Shown: piece after piece, positions 48,801-57,698 of the stretch
Numbering within the stretch: position 1 is the first letter of the stretch
Layout of the letters: each line of letters opens with the position of its first letter
Source: a virus
DNA length: 64,000 bases
Reading direction: 5' to 3' (one strand)
Virus record (IMG/VR): IMGVR_UViG_3300029813_000255
Location: 1-64,000 of that record
The notes under the pieces: generated by a model
The model's input: the letters and a program-made list of their open reading frames with translations, nothing else
Database searches by the model: none
What the model was told of the DNA's origin: nothing
Program-made: the position numbers and the translations under genes

Positions 48801-49836
48801 TCCTACTACGCTATTAAATACTACTGGAAACTACTATGTTAACTATACATGGGTTATGGGTGTGCCTGGTAACATAACAGACAGCTATAACGTATCATGG
48901 AATCTCAGTTGGTTTAATGGCACATTAACTGCTTACATGCAAAAGGAAGTGGGTGCGTCAAATTGGGGTAACATAACGGTTTATGCGTTCAACTCAAGTG
49001 GGAATGGTAGTTTAAGCGTAGGAAGTATTTCAGATAATGTACAAGCTCCAGCATACGTACCTGGTGATTATCCACCTGCAACACCAACATTTTTAACAAA
49101 CACCACAGGAAACGGATGGGTAAACTATACGTGGTCTTCAGGTGGTGGTGCAAACGTAACAGATTCATATAATATTTCATGGAACTTATCGTGGCACAAC
49201 ACTACTTTAGTAACGTACATGAATGATACCGTAGGAGAGTTTGGATGGGCTAACATATCCGTGTGGGCATTCAATTCAAGTGGAAATGGTTCTTTGAGTG
49301 TTGGAAGTATATCAGATAATACACAAGCGGATGGGGGTATGTTCACTACTTCTATGGGCACAACGCTATACAATTTAATAACATATTACGGTAGTGCCAC
49401 AAGCACGGCTGAACAGTTTGGATTAGACATCGGCTCAGTGGATTATATAGCATTGTATAACGGTTCGTTTTACACACACACAATGGGCTTTGCAGCTAAT
49501 AATTTCACTACATATCATGGTATAGGTTATTATGTGTATTTAAATGCGTCGGGTAGCCCTACATACCAGAGAAACAATATTTCAGATGTGCCTTACAACA
49601 CACAATTGTTTAATAGATGGAATACAATCGGTTGGACAAACACAACAGATACAAATGCGGAAAGTGTAGCGAGTTCGATAGGCAGCGCATGTAAATACAC
49701 GAGTTCGTTGAACGCGGATGGAGTTACGTACACTACTCACACGGTTGGATTCACATCAAATAATCATGCAGTTGAGAAGGGCGAAGGTTATTGGGTGTGG
49801 GTAAATACAGGAGTAAATTGGGGAAGGAATAGTTAG
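42871..49836 (+). CDS. Giant secreted adhesin/receptor-binding glycoprotein (DUF2341-like, beta-propeller-like, FN3, right-handed beta-helix, four ~95-aa repeats)
   Basis: Signal peptide from ATG 42871 after a TATA box; LTDYQV...IYYDN; NosD-like N..I..N repeats; PPDPT.L.NTTGN.WVN.TW repeats. Confidence 0.85.
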   Translation: MKARNVFVTFILVSVVLALLVSVSGATWCNNDYAKRINVSVNNTGGAALTDYQVYVNLNSNPINESSIRVYNSTGCTLRPHWCENTTSGNCTKLWINYSSVAASAWTNNTAIYYDNATVSSASNITTTFVFGDDFSVDVDVNLIAEPTNPTRIVDDAWEALAIVEQSDFNYGGEYISWYRSNTSGNQAVGFENSTDGITWNPDSGNPIISSTALYVYVVQDGDCFYLFKNTDSNGYGSIYLYNVTDHTNPVIMNGGNPVYTRSSTTTDWDWRIFNPGVSIDSDGVWHMLLEGQSNAGVFRLGYAYSNLTEMNWSKHRSSSYVINTAGNPYLKYVPDRNALLALYGDISGSYWKVISSCANLSDDLSLSASWYSSLNFEIAHSGIHTADPHAMFNFNATYPTMISYNYNQASIYQTYSALALNEFYDVITTEAFEKWNTYGTSTNTVKDGILNITSVSDNWGIFIGKTSVSMPNIIEAWAKVAAADDRARVAFSSDIDTTSTNLVAWWWAHGTSNPYVAAYVGGSGGYTQLGEALNHVNYHRYKIEWISGIANFYYDSVYKANRTTNIPTSDLPAWMLSGTGGDVIGYWDWIFVRKYTSVEPSTTLGNEEQQAGGTTPIISNVQNGSISPTSQWIDWNVNQTAHNRVLYSNQSDLTPAWYSTWNNSTNAPNITLSALTASTQYWYQAWSYNTTNTSLSDNSSTLSFTTAATAEPVITLLSQTPSQLFQNSTGHFNQTWGISHNSTGLNNSTLTYIYHNIYDSDAHHSLRLPINDRALPDGWRGDNRNESGVTRLTQEGNTTIFGSDYWTWSGLDYNKSQMSIETVNSTYTKIHINSSTQCMIFSNSWYLNHKELDSAAKTVYDIKKQSQLLVEIYDTEMMRNRDRNYTVSIWIDTVDNPTDILYPIEIWWANASFDPTAGTALTASPYAVKMMDMTDDDWETRQYNTTNSHYMRFNIYAGADPVILPTNESYLLFKHDYPRPYKLNVTNVATITNRSFAQTNVSWTSSFDHPAVYTPYSYTPNIFLTFHRGNQTFESKLWVADNNSLWGNSSLEQSDIGQSNFPPTPGSFEHFVFYGYNDTTMDCTYRGNISVYLQTGRDADGGNCTNNLTLCYTNGTYVATINNTFNTTVNDYIRTINFNTTPYYSTTDLYTLKLVTTDDEFDSVTTDLPVVFSLSPLGTTGALYDSRPYAGRLTFWGIPNIPFGCTTANNPNLIEYNATTDEYILKTSLHQSQYGDTFYANETTRIVSYNNDSTPFYRWTGNQVTTNMTTTSWNATTQSPVTSAEEFRTYVYSDPFYSRVNVKNSNLSYLGNGQIPYRGVYIGCGEDAVIDNNTFMHNDQGLSVWGGGNFTISNNTVIDPIDHSISLYNISGNITVRDNVITSDVEARGISTIHGGAGNEYINNTITGSAQSGLYNQYITDSVFRDNTMNNVQNGIVLSKECDNITIKDNNITVEMDVHGHPAWGITIMSGTHNVYNNTINATNGYGIVMSNLYTSIPCINSIMINNSIKTTQGTHTDAGVFADYVLNMNSTGNIIRDPQDTTNSISINNDISDIRIENTDNAVFSEDSAHRTYAYLTNFSLYADTNESFNITQRNMTALPSTDKLSMWNVEWDATVKFNASSVTGVNPTWYNITNATWTTETIDIYRNNSLFSNEVADANGTITYNYSDSYSQKYFEFQVQSAAANYTPPDPTTLANTTGNFWVNHTWNNGTGNITNSYNVSVNLTWYNTTTNKYYNNTGLPAHNWSNVTVWAYNSSGNGTLSTGNISQNTQIPNNVPVLNGLPDNTTDEDVNQTDIFDLDSYFTDADGDAPTYLVESNNQSAYVSVTINASNNVSYTLASGWNGTASVVINVTDGWGGEDNDTFLIIVNAAPLPGDYIPDDPTNLQNTTGNYWVNYTWNVGGGNITDSYNVSWNLTWYNTTTDTFMKKEVGASNWANITVYAFNSSGNGTLSTGYISDEVQAPAFVPGDYVPPNPTTLLNTTGNYYVNYTWVMGVPGNITDSYNVSWNLSWFNGTLTAYMQKEVGASNWGNITVYAFNSSGNGSLSVGSISDNVQAPAYVPGDYPPATPTFLTNTTGNGWVNYTWSSGGGANVTDSYNISWNLSWHNTTLVTYMNDTVGEFGWANISVWAFNSSGNGSLSVGSISDNTQADGGMFTTSMGTTLYNLITYYGSATSTAEQFGLDIGSVDYIALYNGSFYTHTMGFAANNFTTYHGIGYYVYLNASGSPTYQRNNISDVPYNTQLFNRWNTIGWTNTTDTNAESVASSIGSACKYTSSLNADGVTYTTHTVGFTSNNHAVEKGEGYWVWVNTGVNWGRNS

Positions 49837-50149
49837 GAAGCGAGAATGTATATAATACACATAGTAGGAATAGGTGTAGTGATTGGAATACTACTTGTGT
49901 GGGGATTAGAACGTTATGATACACGAGAATATCGAAAGAATTTCAAACGTAACTTAAAGGAGTTAGAAAAACAATGATAGTTCATAAAGAAAACGAGTTA
50001 ATGAGTATTTTAGAAAGAGTTACAACGGAAACGGACGAAGACCCTAACGTATGGAAGAAGGAAGAAGATTTTTACAACAAACACGGAAGGTTCTAAAAGT
50101 GAAACAAATATTGTATATAGAGAGAATAAAGAAAGAGAAGGAAATATAA

Positions 50150-50413
50150 ATGCCAGCAAAAAAATATTCATATAGAGAACAAGATAGACGCGATGCAATA
50201 CGATTAGCATTGCAACAAGCAAAAGGACGGGACGTTATCGTACAAAACAGGAAGTTGAAAGCAGAAGTAAATCGGCACGCTAAATTTTTTGAAGCATTAA
50301 AAAATGGAAAGGTCATCCCAAAACACATATACGATATAACGTTTAAGCGTGATTATCGTGGATTCATTAAGGATATAGAAAAATTTATTGGTAGGAAAGC
50401 ATACGAAACATGA
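50150..50413 (+). CDS. Basic hypothetical protein
   Basis: ORF. Confidence 0.55.
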   Translation: MPAKKYSYREQDRRDAIRLALQQAKGRDVIVQNRKLKAEVNRHAKFFEALKNGKVIPKHIYDITFKRDYRGFIKDIEKFIGRKAYET

Positions 50414-51177
50414 AAAAAATATTGTATCTAATAGGAATAATAGCCTCCGTAATCTTTGTAAGCTGTCTAATAGGTTTAGTTTTCGCCTTACCAAATCCAC
50501 ATTCATTATCAGGACGTGTGTATGACAACATAGGCAATCCTATTAGTGATGTTGAAATAGTCTTAACTAATCAGCGCACAGAAGGACAGCTTTACGTAAA
50601 AACAAATCAATGGGGCGAGTACCAACAGGATGCGTACAACCTACCAGAAGGTTACAAAAACGGCGATACAATCCATTATTACGCTCGTTTCAAAGGCTAT
50701 AAATTAGAAGAGGCTGCTACAATAGATATTGCTAAGGGGGGTACGAAACTTAATTTTGTATTTCCATTCTGTTTAGGATTCATCACACCTAAAGGTACAT
50801 ATCCTTCTATTGCAGGCACGCACAAAGGCATAATCATACCAAGTGCAACTATAAACGTTTCACACATAGAAACACGTGCGTGTGAAGGTACAGGAGGACA
50901 CGCTAAGTACGTTAAGATAACAGGTGACATTAGTTCAGAAGCAGTATGGAATGGCTATAACGACGAGTATCACACCTTAGAATTTGATGTACCCTTTACG
51001 TTAGAAAAAGGTAAAACGTACACATACGAGATTAAGACTGGTTCTTATCCACAAATTATACATCTGAGCGAGTTGGAAGTACCAGCGGGTGTAATCACGT
51101 GTACTGAATTTGTGGACACCAACGGAAAAGTTTATAAAGAAGGAATACCTTCTATATTGTTAGGAGAAGAGATATGA
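50410..51177 (+). CDS. Secreted protein: Ig-like GEYQQDA domain plus GTYPSI...TGSYPQI domain
   Basis: Signal peptide; paralogous N-domain; C-domain recalled from ANME-type surface proteins. Confidence 0.75.
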   Translation: MKKILYLIGIIASVIFVSCLIGLVFALPNPHSLSGRVYDNIGNPISDVEIVLTNQRTEGQLYVKTNQWGEYQQDAYNLPEGYKNGDTIHYYARFKGYKLEEAATIDIAKGGTKLNFVFPFCLGFITPKGTYPSIAGTHKGIIIPSATINVSHIETRACEGTGGHAKYVKITGDISSEAVWNGYNDEYHTLEFDVPFTLEKGKTYTYEIKTGSYPQIIHLSELEVPAGVITCTEFVDTNGKVYKEGIPSILLGEEI

Positions 51178-51908
51178 ACAAAATGATATGGATGTTTGAT
51201 ATTTTAGCAGTGGTATTTATATTTTTGAGTATCTGTATAGGACTATCAGTAGCGCAGCCTTTACCTTATTCATTGTCAGGGCACATCTTAGATAATGAAA
51301 GTGAATACATTGTAGGTGCTGAAATCACATTGATAAACGAACGTACAAACGACACTTTAGAACTTGTAAGCACAACAAACGGAGAATACCAACAGGATGC
51401 TTATAATTTCGCATTCCATTATCTTAATGGCGACACAATAAGATATAACGTGACTTATGGCGACATAGGAGCAGTTGAACTCAATGATATAGATATTACG
51501 AAAGGAGGTACGAAATTAGATATTACATTGACAGAAGAGGACAGTCCTGAAACCACACCTAATCCAACACCCAAGAATAAAGCACCACGTAAAACTACAG
51601 CGCATATGTACGATGATACAGACGGTGACGGTGTTTCTGATACCGAAGAACGTGTAAGAGGATGGGATAAAGACGATCCATGTATTCCCAATTCAGATTC
51701 TTTTGCGTGTAAAAGTAAAAGTACACCTCAATTGACACCAGAAGTTTTCTCGCCTCTCAAAGAAGAACCCACACCAATACCAATGGTTAAAGCGACACCA
51801 CGACAACCACCAAAAGTAATAGAATCACCAAAAAAGATGCCTGGATTTATTGGATTAGAGTTCTTAGCTGTTGTTATATTGTTTTTATATAAAAGGAGAA
51901 GGAGGTGA
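51174..51908 (+). CDS. Secreted GEYQQDA-domain protein with PGF-CTERM sorting signal
   Basis: C-terminus MPGFIGLEFLAVVILFLYKRRRR; DTDGDG motif; Pro/Thr linker. Confidence 0.8.
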   Translation: MNKMIWMFDILAVVFIFLSICIGLSVAQPLPYSLSGHILDNESEYIVGAEITLINERTNDTLELVSTTNGEYQQDAYNFAFHYLNGDTIRYNVTYGDIGAVELNDIDITKGGTKLDITLTEEDSPETTPNPTPKNKAPRKTTAHMYDDTDGDGVSDTEERVRGWDKDDPCIPNSDSFACKSKSTPQLTPEVFSPLKEEPTPIPMVKATPRQPPKVIESPKKMPGFIGLEFLAVVILFLYKRRRR

Positions 51909-52121
51909 TAAAATGGTAGGATTGAAAGAAGACGATCACGTCAAGATCAAGAAAAAATGTATTGGTTGTCGGGAAAAAGCATATAATTTTCTTTTGGTAA
52001 AAAAGGTATAGTAAGAAAAATAGAAAGAGAGAATGGTAAATGCATATATGTTGTAGAAGTAGATAAGCGTTTATATACCTTTACACGTCAAGCAATAGTT
52101 AAAAAGTAGGAAGAAAAAAAA

Positions 52122-52313
52122 ATGAACACACGAATAAAAGAATACATCTTAAGTAAATGTGTAAAACAGAAAAAAGAACGTGATTTGCTGCCGCAAGTAA
52201 CAAGGAAATTCGGTGTTACAAACGGTATAGCACAACAGTACATACGTAAATTAAAGAGCGAGGGATTATTGTACGTACCAGAAAAGAACACATTAAAAAC
52301 AATAAATATGTAG
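52122..52313 (+). CDS. Small winged-helix protein
   Basis: FGVTNGIAQQYIRKLKSEGLLYVP. Confidence 0.6.
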   Translation: MNTRIKEYILSKCVKQKKERDLLPQVTRKFGVTNGIAQQYIRKLKSEGLLYVPEKNTLKTINM

Positions 52314-52324
52314 GAGGTGACAAC

Positions 52325-52534
52325 ATGCTAATAAAAGGAAGAAAATTTAACGGGGAATTGTACCAAAATGAAGGATATGCAACTACGAAAGTAGAAGCAG
52401 AACGCAGGAAGAAGAAACTACAAGATCAAGGATTTAAAGTGCGTATAGTAAAACAAAAAGGAACAACCGTAATTGGTGCAACAAGCAAAGCCTATGGTAA
52501 AACGAACTATTTTATATATGCAAAGGCAAAATGA
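52325..52534 (+). CDS. Small basic protein
   Basis: GGAGGTGA RBS; similar to 55633-55845. Confidence 0.6.
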   Translation: MLIKGRKFNGELYQNEGYATTKVEAERRKKKLQDQGFKVRIVKQKGTTVIGATSKAYGKTNYFIYAKAK

Positions 52535-52872
52535 GATAAACAAATGACACAGGATATAAAAACAGAAATGGAAGCTAAGGCGAAACGAGGTGAAATAGAA
52601 GGAGTATCTAAACGTGCTATCTTTGACAAGGATGGAAACCTTTTTCTTGATTACTTTTGAAATAGGTAAAACTTTATATAGAAAGAAAAACAATGAATCC
52701 ACGTGGTAAAGTTTGGGATGTAAAAAATGATAGAAACAGGAATCATTAACATAGGGTTTGCATTAATCGCAGTATTAGTAATAGCTAATCTATATTATGC
52801 GATCCGAATAGTAGATAAAAAATCCGATATTTTCTTATTTCTTGAGAAAGAAGAAACAGAGGAAAGTATAAC

Positions 52873-53469
52873 GTGGAATCAAAAGTAGTAGTCTTATTAG
52901 GACTCTGTGTAATTTTAGGATTTGCAATAAACGGAGTTACTGCTTTGGATACACCTTATTCACTCTCAGGACATGTCTATGATAATAGTAGTAATCCGTT
53001 AGTTGGTGTAAACATTAAACTCACTAATATGAACAGTACCAATGTAATATATGCAACATCAACCAGTGGAGGTGAATACCAACAGGATGCAGCTAATTTT
53101 GTATTAGGATACAACAATAGCGATATTATCCAATATTACTGCACTTACGGTGTTGACTCGGTTACGTATAATGCAAGCATAGATACGAGTGGAGGGGGAA
53201 CACTACTTGATATGTATATAAATGTTACTCCTATTACTCCTATTGATGATATTCCTATGACAATCGGGGACTTTGCGAAAGATATAATGACACCTATTTT
53301 CAGTTTCTTTGCCATATTAATAATAGCAGCCTTTACAGGTGTAATTATTTATACCATTAAGTATGGAATCAAAATAGACATACTAACGAAACTGACATTA
53401 GGCTTCACTTTTGCTGTAATAATACTACTATTAGCTTTATATATAGGAGAAACGTTTAGTTCATTTTAG
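52873..53469 (+). CDS. GEYQQDA-domain membrane protein
   Basis: PYSLSGHVYD...GEYQQDAANF; two C-terminal TM helices. Confidence 0.75.
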   Translation: MESKVVVLLGLCVILGFAINGVTALDTPYSLSGHVYDNSSNPLVGVNIKLTNMNSTNVIYATSTSGGEYQQDAANFVLGYNNSDIIQYYCTYGVDSVTYNASIDTSGGGTLLDMYINVTPITPIDDIPMTIGDFAKDIMTPIFSFFAILIIAAFTGVIIYTIKYGIKIDILTKLTLGFTFAVIILLLALYIGETFSSF

Positions 53470-54173
53470 TGAGTCGAAGAATGAAAATAGCAAAAGAAAT
53501 ATTAAAACTAAGCATAATCATATTTGTACTAATAACCTTAGTTACTGTTTCTTTTGCTGCTATACAGACAATAGGATCATCAAACGGTATTAATAATGCA
53601 ACGCTAACCGGGGATATTACTTCAGGGGCACCTCCACCTGCTGAAGTTTGGTTTGAATACGGAGGTAAAACGGGGTGTTATTTACATCATTCTGAGCATC
53701 TAACTGTAAATGCAACCGGAAATTTCATAATTAACATCTCAGGTTTTCCGCTCATATTGGAGCAGACATACTATTATAGAGCAGCGGGCAACGTATCTGG
53801 CAATGTTACACACGGCGGCGAAATGTCGTTTACTCTGGACCCTGCCGAAGATATGCCCGAAAAGAACTTTGGAAAGCATTTTGAAGAACTTAAAGAAAGC
53901 AGGTTTAATCTTACAAGATTAGCTACTGTTCTTCCGAAGACATGGACCGACATTATACTTGAAACCAGGATATTTTACGGGATGTTTTTCGGGATGATAT
54001 TTTTAGCGTTATGGATAAGACAAGAGGATGTCGGAATACCTGCACTGCTCGGAATGCTAATAGGAGGGACACTGTGGTACTGGTTACCGCCTGAGTGGAT
54101 GAATCTTGTACAATCGCTCTTTATAGTATCTTTTGCTGCACTTATATATGCTATAATAAAAGGGAGAAAATAA
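53469..54173 (+). CDS. FN3-like domain membrane protein
   Basis: VWFEYG...QTYYYRA; three C-terminal TM helices. Confidence 0.7.
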   Translation: MSRRMKIAKEILKLSIIIFVLITLVTVSFAAIQTIGSSNGINNATLTGDITSGAPPPAEVWFEYGGKTGCYLHHSEHLTVNATGNFIINISGFPLILEQTYYYRAAGNVSGNVTHGGEMSFTLDPAEDMPEKNFGKHFEELKESRFNLTRLATVLPKTWTDIILETRIFYGMFFGMIFLALWIRQEDVGIPALLGMLIGGTLWYWLPPEWMNLVQSLFIVSFAALIYAIIKGRK

Positions 54174-54174
54174 G

Positions 54175-54486
54175 ATGAAAGACGAAAAAAGGAAACACGT
54201 ACCATTTTCGATTGAAGTAAAGATAAGAGACTCAAAAGGAAGGACGGTCTGGAAATGGCGTGAAAGTCGTGGTAACCTTCTGTTTGGATTAAAAAAAACT
54301 AACGAGTATGCAGAAACATTACTTGGAATAGACAATAAACAACTACCGAGATCAGAGCCAGAGCCAGATACTAATATTAGGAGAGTCGAACCGAGAAACA
54401 TTACATTCATTGAACGCGCTTTTGGAAAAATTGAACCAATCGAACCAATATTTGGAGTGAATAAAAAAGGAGGTGAGAGAAGATGA
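54175..54486 (+). CDS. Hypothetical protein
   Basis: ORF. Confidence 0.55.
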   Translation: MKDEKRKHVPFSIEVKIRDSKGRTVWKWRESRGNLLFGLKKTNEYAETLLGIDNKQLPRSEPEPDTNIRRVEPRNITFIERAFGKIEPIEPIFGVNKKGGERR

Positions 54487-54734
54487 AATCTATTGGAATG
54501 GCGATTGTATTTACAGCGGTTGTCTTCATATTATTCATGGGTATTAGCATGATAAGTCAAATACCGGAACCAGATTCTGGAACAGAGGAATACACTCAAT
54601 TTGAAAGCCTCGCTAAGATAGCAAATATTGGATATATAGGCTTCTATGCAGTCCTACTAATAATAATGGCAATTGCTATAATAATGGCACTGCAAATAGG
54701 ATCAAAGAAAGGGAGCAGGAGAAGCAGATGGTGA
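54483..54734 (+). CDS. Two-helix hydrophobic protein (MCP-like topology)
   Basis: Two TM helices, basic tail, GGAGGTGA RBS. Confidence 0.6.
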   Translation: MKSIGMAIVFTAVVFILFMGISMISQIPEPDSGTEEYTQFESLAKIANIGYIGFYAVLLIIMAIAIIMALQIGSKKGSRRSRW

Positions 54735-55594
54735 AAACAAATGACATTGTAAAAATTAGTATAACAATAATGTTATTAACGTTAGCAGTGAGCAATAGCA
54801 CAGCACTGACCACTCCTTATTCTCTGAGTGGACACATCTATGATTCAGACGGTACAACACCTATTGTAGGCGCGAGTATCTCATTTACCAACCAGAACTC
54901 GTCAGAGGTGATCTACGCTACCAGTACAACCAATGGAGAGTACCAACAGGATGCTGCTAATTTTGCATCAGGATACTATGATAACAATACAATACAATAC
55001 CAAACAACCTACTTTACACAATCCAATACTACCGCAGCAAACATAACTGTTTCAAGTGGAGGAACGTTACTCAACATTGTATTAAGTGCAGCTACTGGCG
55101 GTGCAAGTAATATAACGGCTGAAATAGGTAGCAGGTACATAAAATGGAGTTGGAATTCAAGTGGTAGTGTTGCAGTGTACATAGATGGTATATTCGTAAC
55201 AAACACAACCTTAAATTATTACATTCTCTCAGATTTGAATCCACGTGAAACACACACAATTGCATTATGCAGTCCGAGTGGAGCTGTCTATGACAGTTCA
55301 AGTGACAGAACCTTTTACCCCGAAATCTTATTCTACATCATCTTTCTTCTCGCGGGATTACTGCTAATAGCAGAAGTCATTGTAACTTTTATGCCGCAAA
55401 AAATGATTGGTATTGTCTTAGGTGCTTTGGCTTTTATAATGGGTATTTTTGGCTTTTACATGGCTTATCCATACCACTTCTCAATTATGGCTTATTTATG
55501 TATTACAATAGCAGTCATAGCATTGATATGGATTATACTGATTATATTTAGTTTAATAGTACGCGAACCAGATGACTTTGGGTTGGACTTATGA
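54728..55594 (+). CDS. GEYQQDA-domain + FN3-like membrane protein
   Basis: PYSLSGHIYD...GEYQQDAANF; three C-terminal TM helices. Confidence 0.75.
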   Translation: MVKTNDIVKISITIMLLTLAVSNSTALTTPYSLSGHIYDSDGTTPIVGASISFTNQNSSEVIYATSTTNGEYQQDAANFASGYYDNNTIQYQTTYFTQSNTTAANITVSSGGTLLNIVLSAATGGASNITAEIGSRYIKWSWNSSGSVAVYIDGIFVTNTTLNYYILSDLNPRETHTIALCSPSGAVYDSSSDRTFYPEILFYIIFLLAGLLLIAEVIVTFMPQKMIGIVLGALAFIMGIFGFYMAYPYHFSIMAYLCITIAVIALIWIILIIFSLIVREPDDFGLDL

Positions 55595-55632
55595 TGAGAA
55601 AAAAACCATAAATCTTTATATAGACTAAAAAT

Positions 55633-55845
55633 ATGTCTATAACAGAAGTAAGAAAAAGGAGGGTAAAAATGATAAAGCGAAATATGTTTACTACCAAGAA
55701 ATTTGGTGGGAAAACATGGCTTTTTTGTATGAGTGGCGACAAAAAAATCGTTGAATCCAAAACGAAACGGATGCAACAGGACGGATACAAAACGAAACTC
55801 CTGAAGAGCGGAAATAAATGGGATTTGTGGATTAGTCAGGATTAG
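55633..55845 (+). CDS. Small basic protein
   Basis: After TATA at 55610. Confidence 0.55.
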   Translation: MSITEVRKRRVKMIKRNMFTTKKFGGKTWLFCMSGDKKIVESKTKRMQQDGYKTKLLKSGNKWDLWISQD

Positions 55846-55856
55846 GGCGCGACCAG

Positions 55857-56294
55857 ATGACAATCTTAGACAAAATAAGAGAACAGAGAGAACAAAGAGA
55901 AGTCATCAAGACAGTAGAGGAAGCTAAGCTAAGGAAAAAGAAACCACAGATAGAAAAGGAATTAGAGAAAGAAGCTATAGAACTTGCCAAAGAACTTGAA
56001 GTAACTTTCGATGAAGCATTGATCTACGTCAAGAATGAAAAGAAGAAAGAACACAGACAAAAAATAGCACATGAACGACAGGAACAATTTGCTACAAAAG
56101 GCAAGAAAATCTTACGTGGATTGGAAGATTGGGGTGCAAGAGCAAACCAACCGCTGAAACCACAACCACATGATATAGAAACAACGACAGAAATACAGCC
56201 GGAAGTAAAAACAAAAGATGTAAAGCAACCTATACCTACGAAAAGAGAGAAACCAAAGAACTTCTTTGAAACATGTAAGGAGGTTAACAAATGA
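55857..56294 (+). CDS. Charged coiled-coil protein
   Basis: ORF. Confidence 0.6.
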   Translation: MTILDKIREQREQREVIKTVEEAKLRKKKPQIEKELEKEAIELAKELEVTFDEALIYVKNEKKKEHRQKIAHERQEQFATKGKKILRGLEDWGARANQPLKPQPHDIETTTEIQPEVKTKDVKQPIPTKREKPKNFFETCKEVNK

Positions 56295-56839
56295 AAAAGA
56301 AAAGAAACAAACATAATAAAAAATGTTATGTAGTAGAAAGAGCATTTGGTCATAGCTCAGCACTCCCAACGTTCGGCGATGCCGATGGAGACGGTGTACC
56401 AAACTTTTTTGATTGCCAACCCAGAAATCCTTATAAAGATGGTATTCTTAGGGATGTTGGCGAAGCTGTGAAAACAAGAGTTAAGCATGAAGTCGGTGAC
56501 GTAAAAGAGCGTGTAATAGAGGAAATCGCTGGAGAAAAAAAGAGAGCAGAACGATTAGAGATTGAAGAAGTTGAAGAAGAAGCGTATCTTAGGGAACGAA
56601 AAAAAGCAGCAGAAGAAGAAGCGCGAATAAAAGCCAGAGCCAGAATTGAAAGACATAAAGAAGCAGAAGAAGAACGAAAATCAAGACGGCGAGAAGCCAT
56701 TAGAGAAGAAGCAGAAGCACGAAGATCATTTCAACGCAGATCCAGAGTTCGACCCAAAGTCCGACCACTCACAAAACCCATAACCGAAAAAACCGAAAAA
56801 GCTCACATACCATATACCAGTCGCAGAATTTATACATAG
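56291..56839 (+). CDS. DxDxDG Ca-binding motif plus E/R-rich helix protein
   Basis: FGDADGDGVPNFFDCQP, matching the N-terminus of 32640-36152. Confidence 0.65.
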   Translation: MKKKRNKHNKKCYVVERAFGHSSALPTFGDADGDGVPNFFDCQPRNPYKDGILRDVGEAVKTRVKHEVGDVKERVIEEIAGEKKRAERLEIEEVEEEAYLRERKKAAEEEARIKARARIERHKEAEEERKSRRREAIREEAEARRSFQRRSRVRPKVRPLTKPITEKTEKAHIPYTSRRIYT

Positions 56840-56857
56840 TGAATATTAGGTAAAAAA

Positions 56858-57496
56858 ATGAAACCAACCAGTAAAATGCGAAAATTGGGAGAGAGAACAA
56901 TTGAAGTATTAGAGTACGGTGGACAAAGAACAAAAAAAATAAAGCGAATCGTATACAGTAAACCTACACTGGTAAAAGGACATCCTACTTATTGGTTTAA
57001 ACTGGTAAATGATATATGGAAAAATACAACCAAAAAAGGCATAAAAAGTGGGATCGTAGTAACTAAGAATGAATTTGAAAAACTACATGAGAAACTGCAA
57101 ACAAATAATTCAAAACATGGTAGAGAAAAGGTAAAAGTAAATGGATATACCAAACATAAATGGCGATGTCCAAAGTGTGGAAGAGCAGCACCTGACGATT
57201 TTTGTATCGTACACGGTGATGTTACTGCTGTGGATATAACAAAAAACGCAAAGATACGGAAAATGGCTCTTGAATACTCTACAAAAACAGAAAAAATCGA
57301 AAAAGAACGAAAACGAAAAGATATTATTGGTAAGCAAGTTAGTATTACACAAGTCAAAAAGAGACAAGCACAACGTACAAAAAGAGCACGTTCAATGGAC
57401 TCCAAGAAACGAGCTAAACGAGTTGTAAAAGCAGGTAGATACCATTTATGGCTGAAACATCCTGAGAGGTACGATATTGAAGGAGTGGATACATAA
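56858..57496 (+). CDS. Basic Zn-ribbon protein
   Basis: CPKC...CIVH. Confidence 0.6.
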   Translation: MKPTSKMRKLGERTIEVLEYGGQRTKKIKRIVYSKPTLVKGHPTYWFKLVNDIWKNTTKKGIKSGIVVTKNEFEKLHEKLQTNNSKHGREKVKVNGYTKHKWRCPKCGRAAPDDFCIVHGDVTAVDITKNAKIRKMALEYSTKTEKIEKERKRKDIIGKQVSITQVKKRQAQRTKRARSMDSKKRAKRVVKAGRYHLWLKHPERYDIEGVDT

Positions 57497-57698
57497 GGAG
57501 GTGATATAAATGGTAAGATATGTAGTAACAGGATATATAAAAATCAAAGGATACAGAGATACAATAACAAATCCTTTAACTAAGGAAGAAGCACAAGAGC
57601 GTAAAAAGTCTTTACAGAGAGAATTGAAAGAATCAATACCAAGATACAGATGGGTAAAAGCACTGCGTATAGAAAAAGCAAAGTAGGAGGTGACATAA

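Noticed and set aside
42871-49836. Diversity-generating retroelement target
   Set aside because: No reverse transcriptase and no adenine-specific TR/VR pair seen; the repeats are ordinary diverged domain duplications
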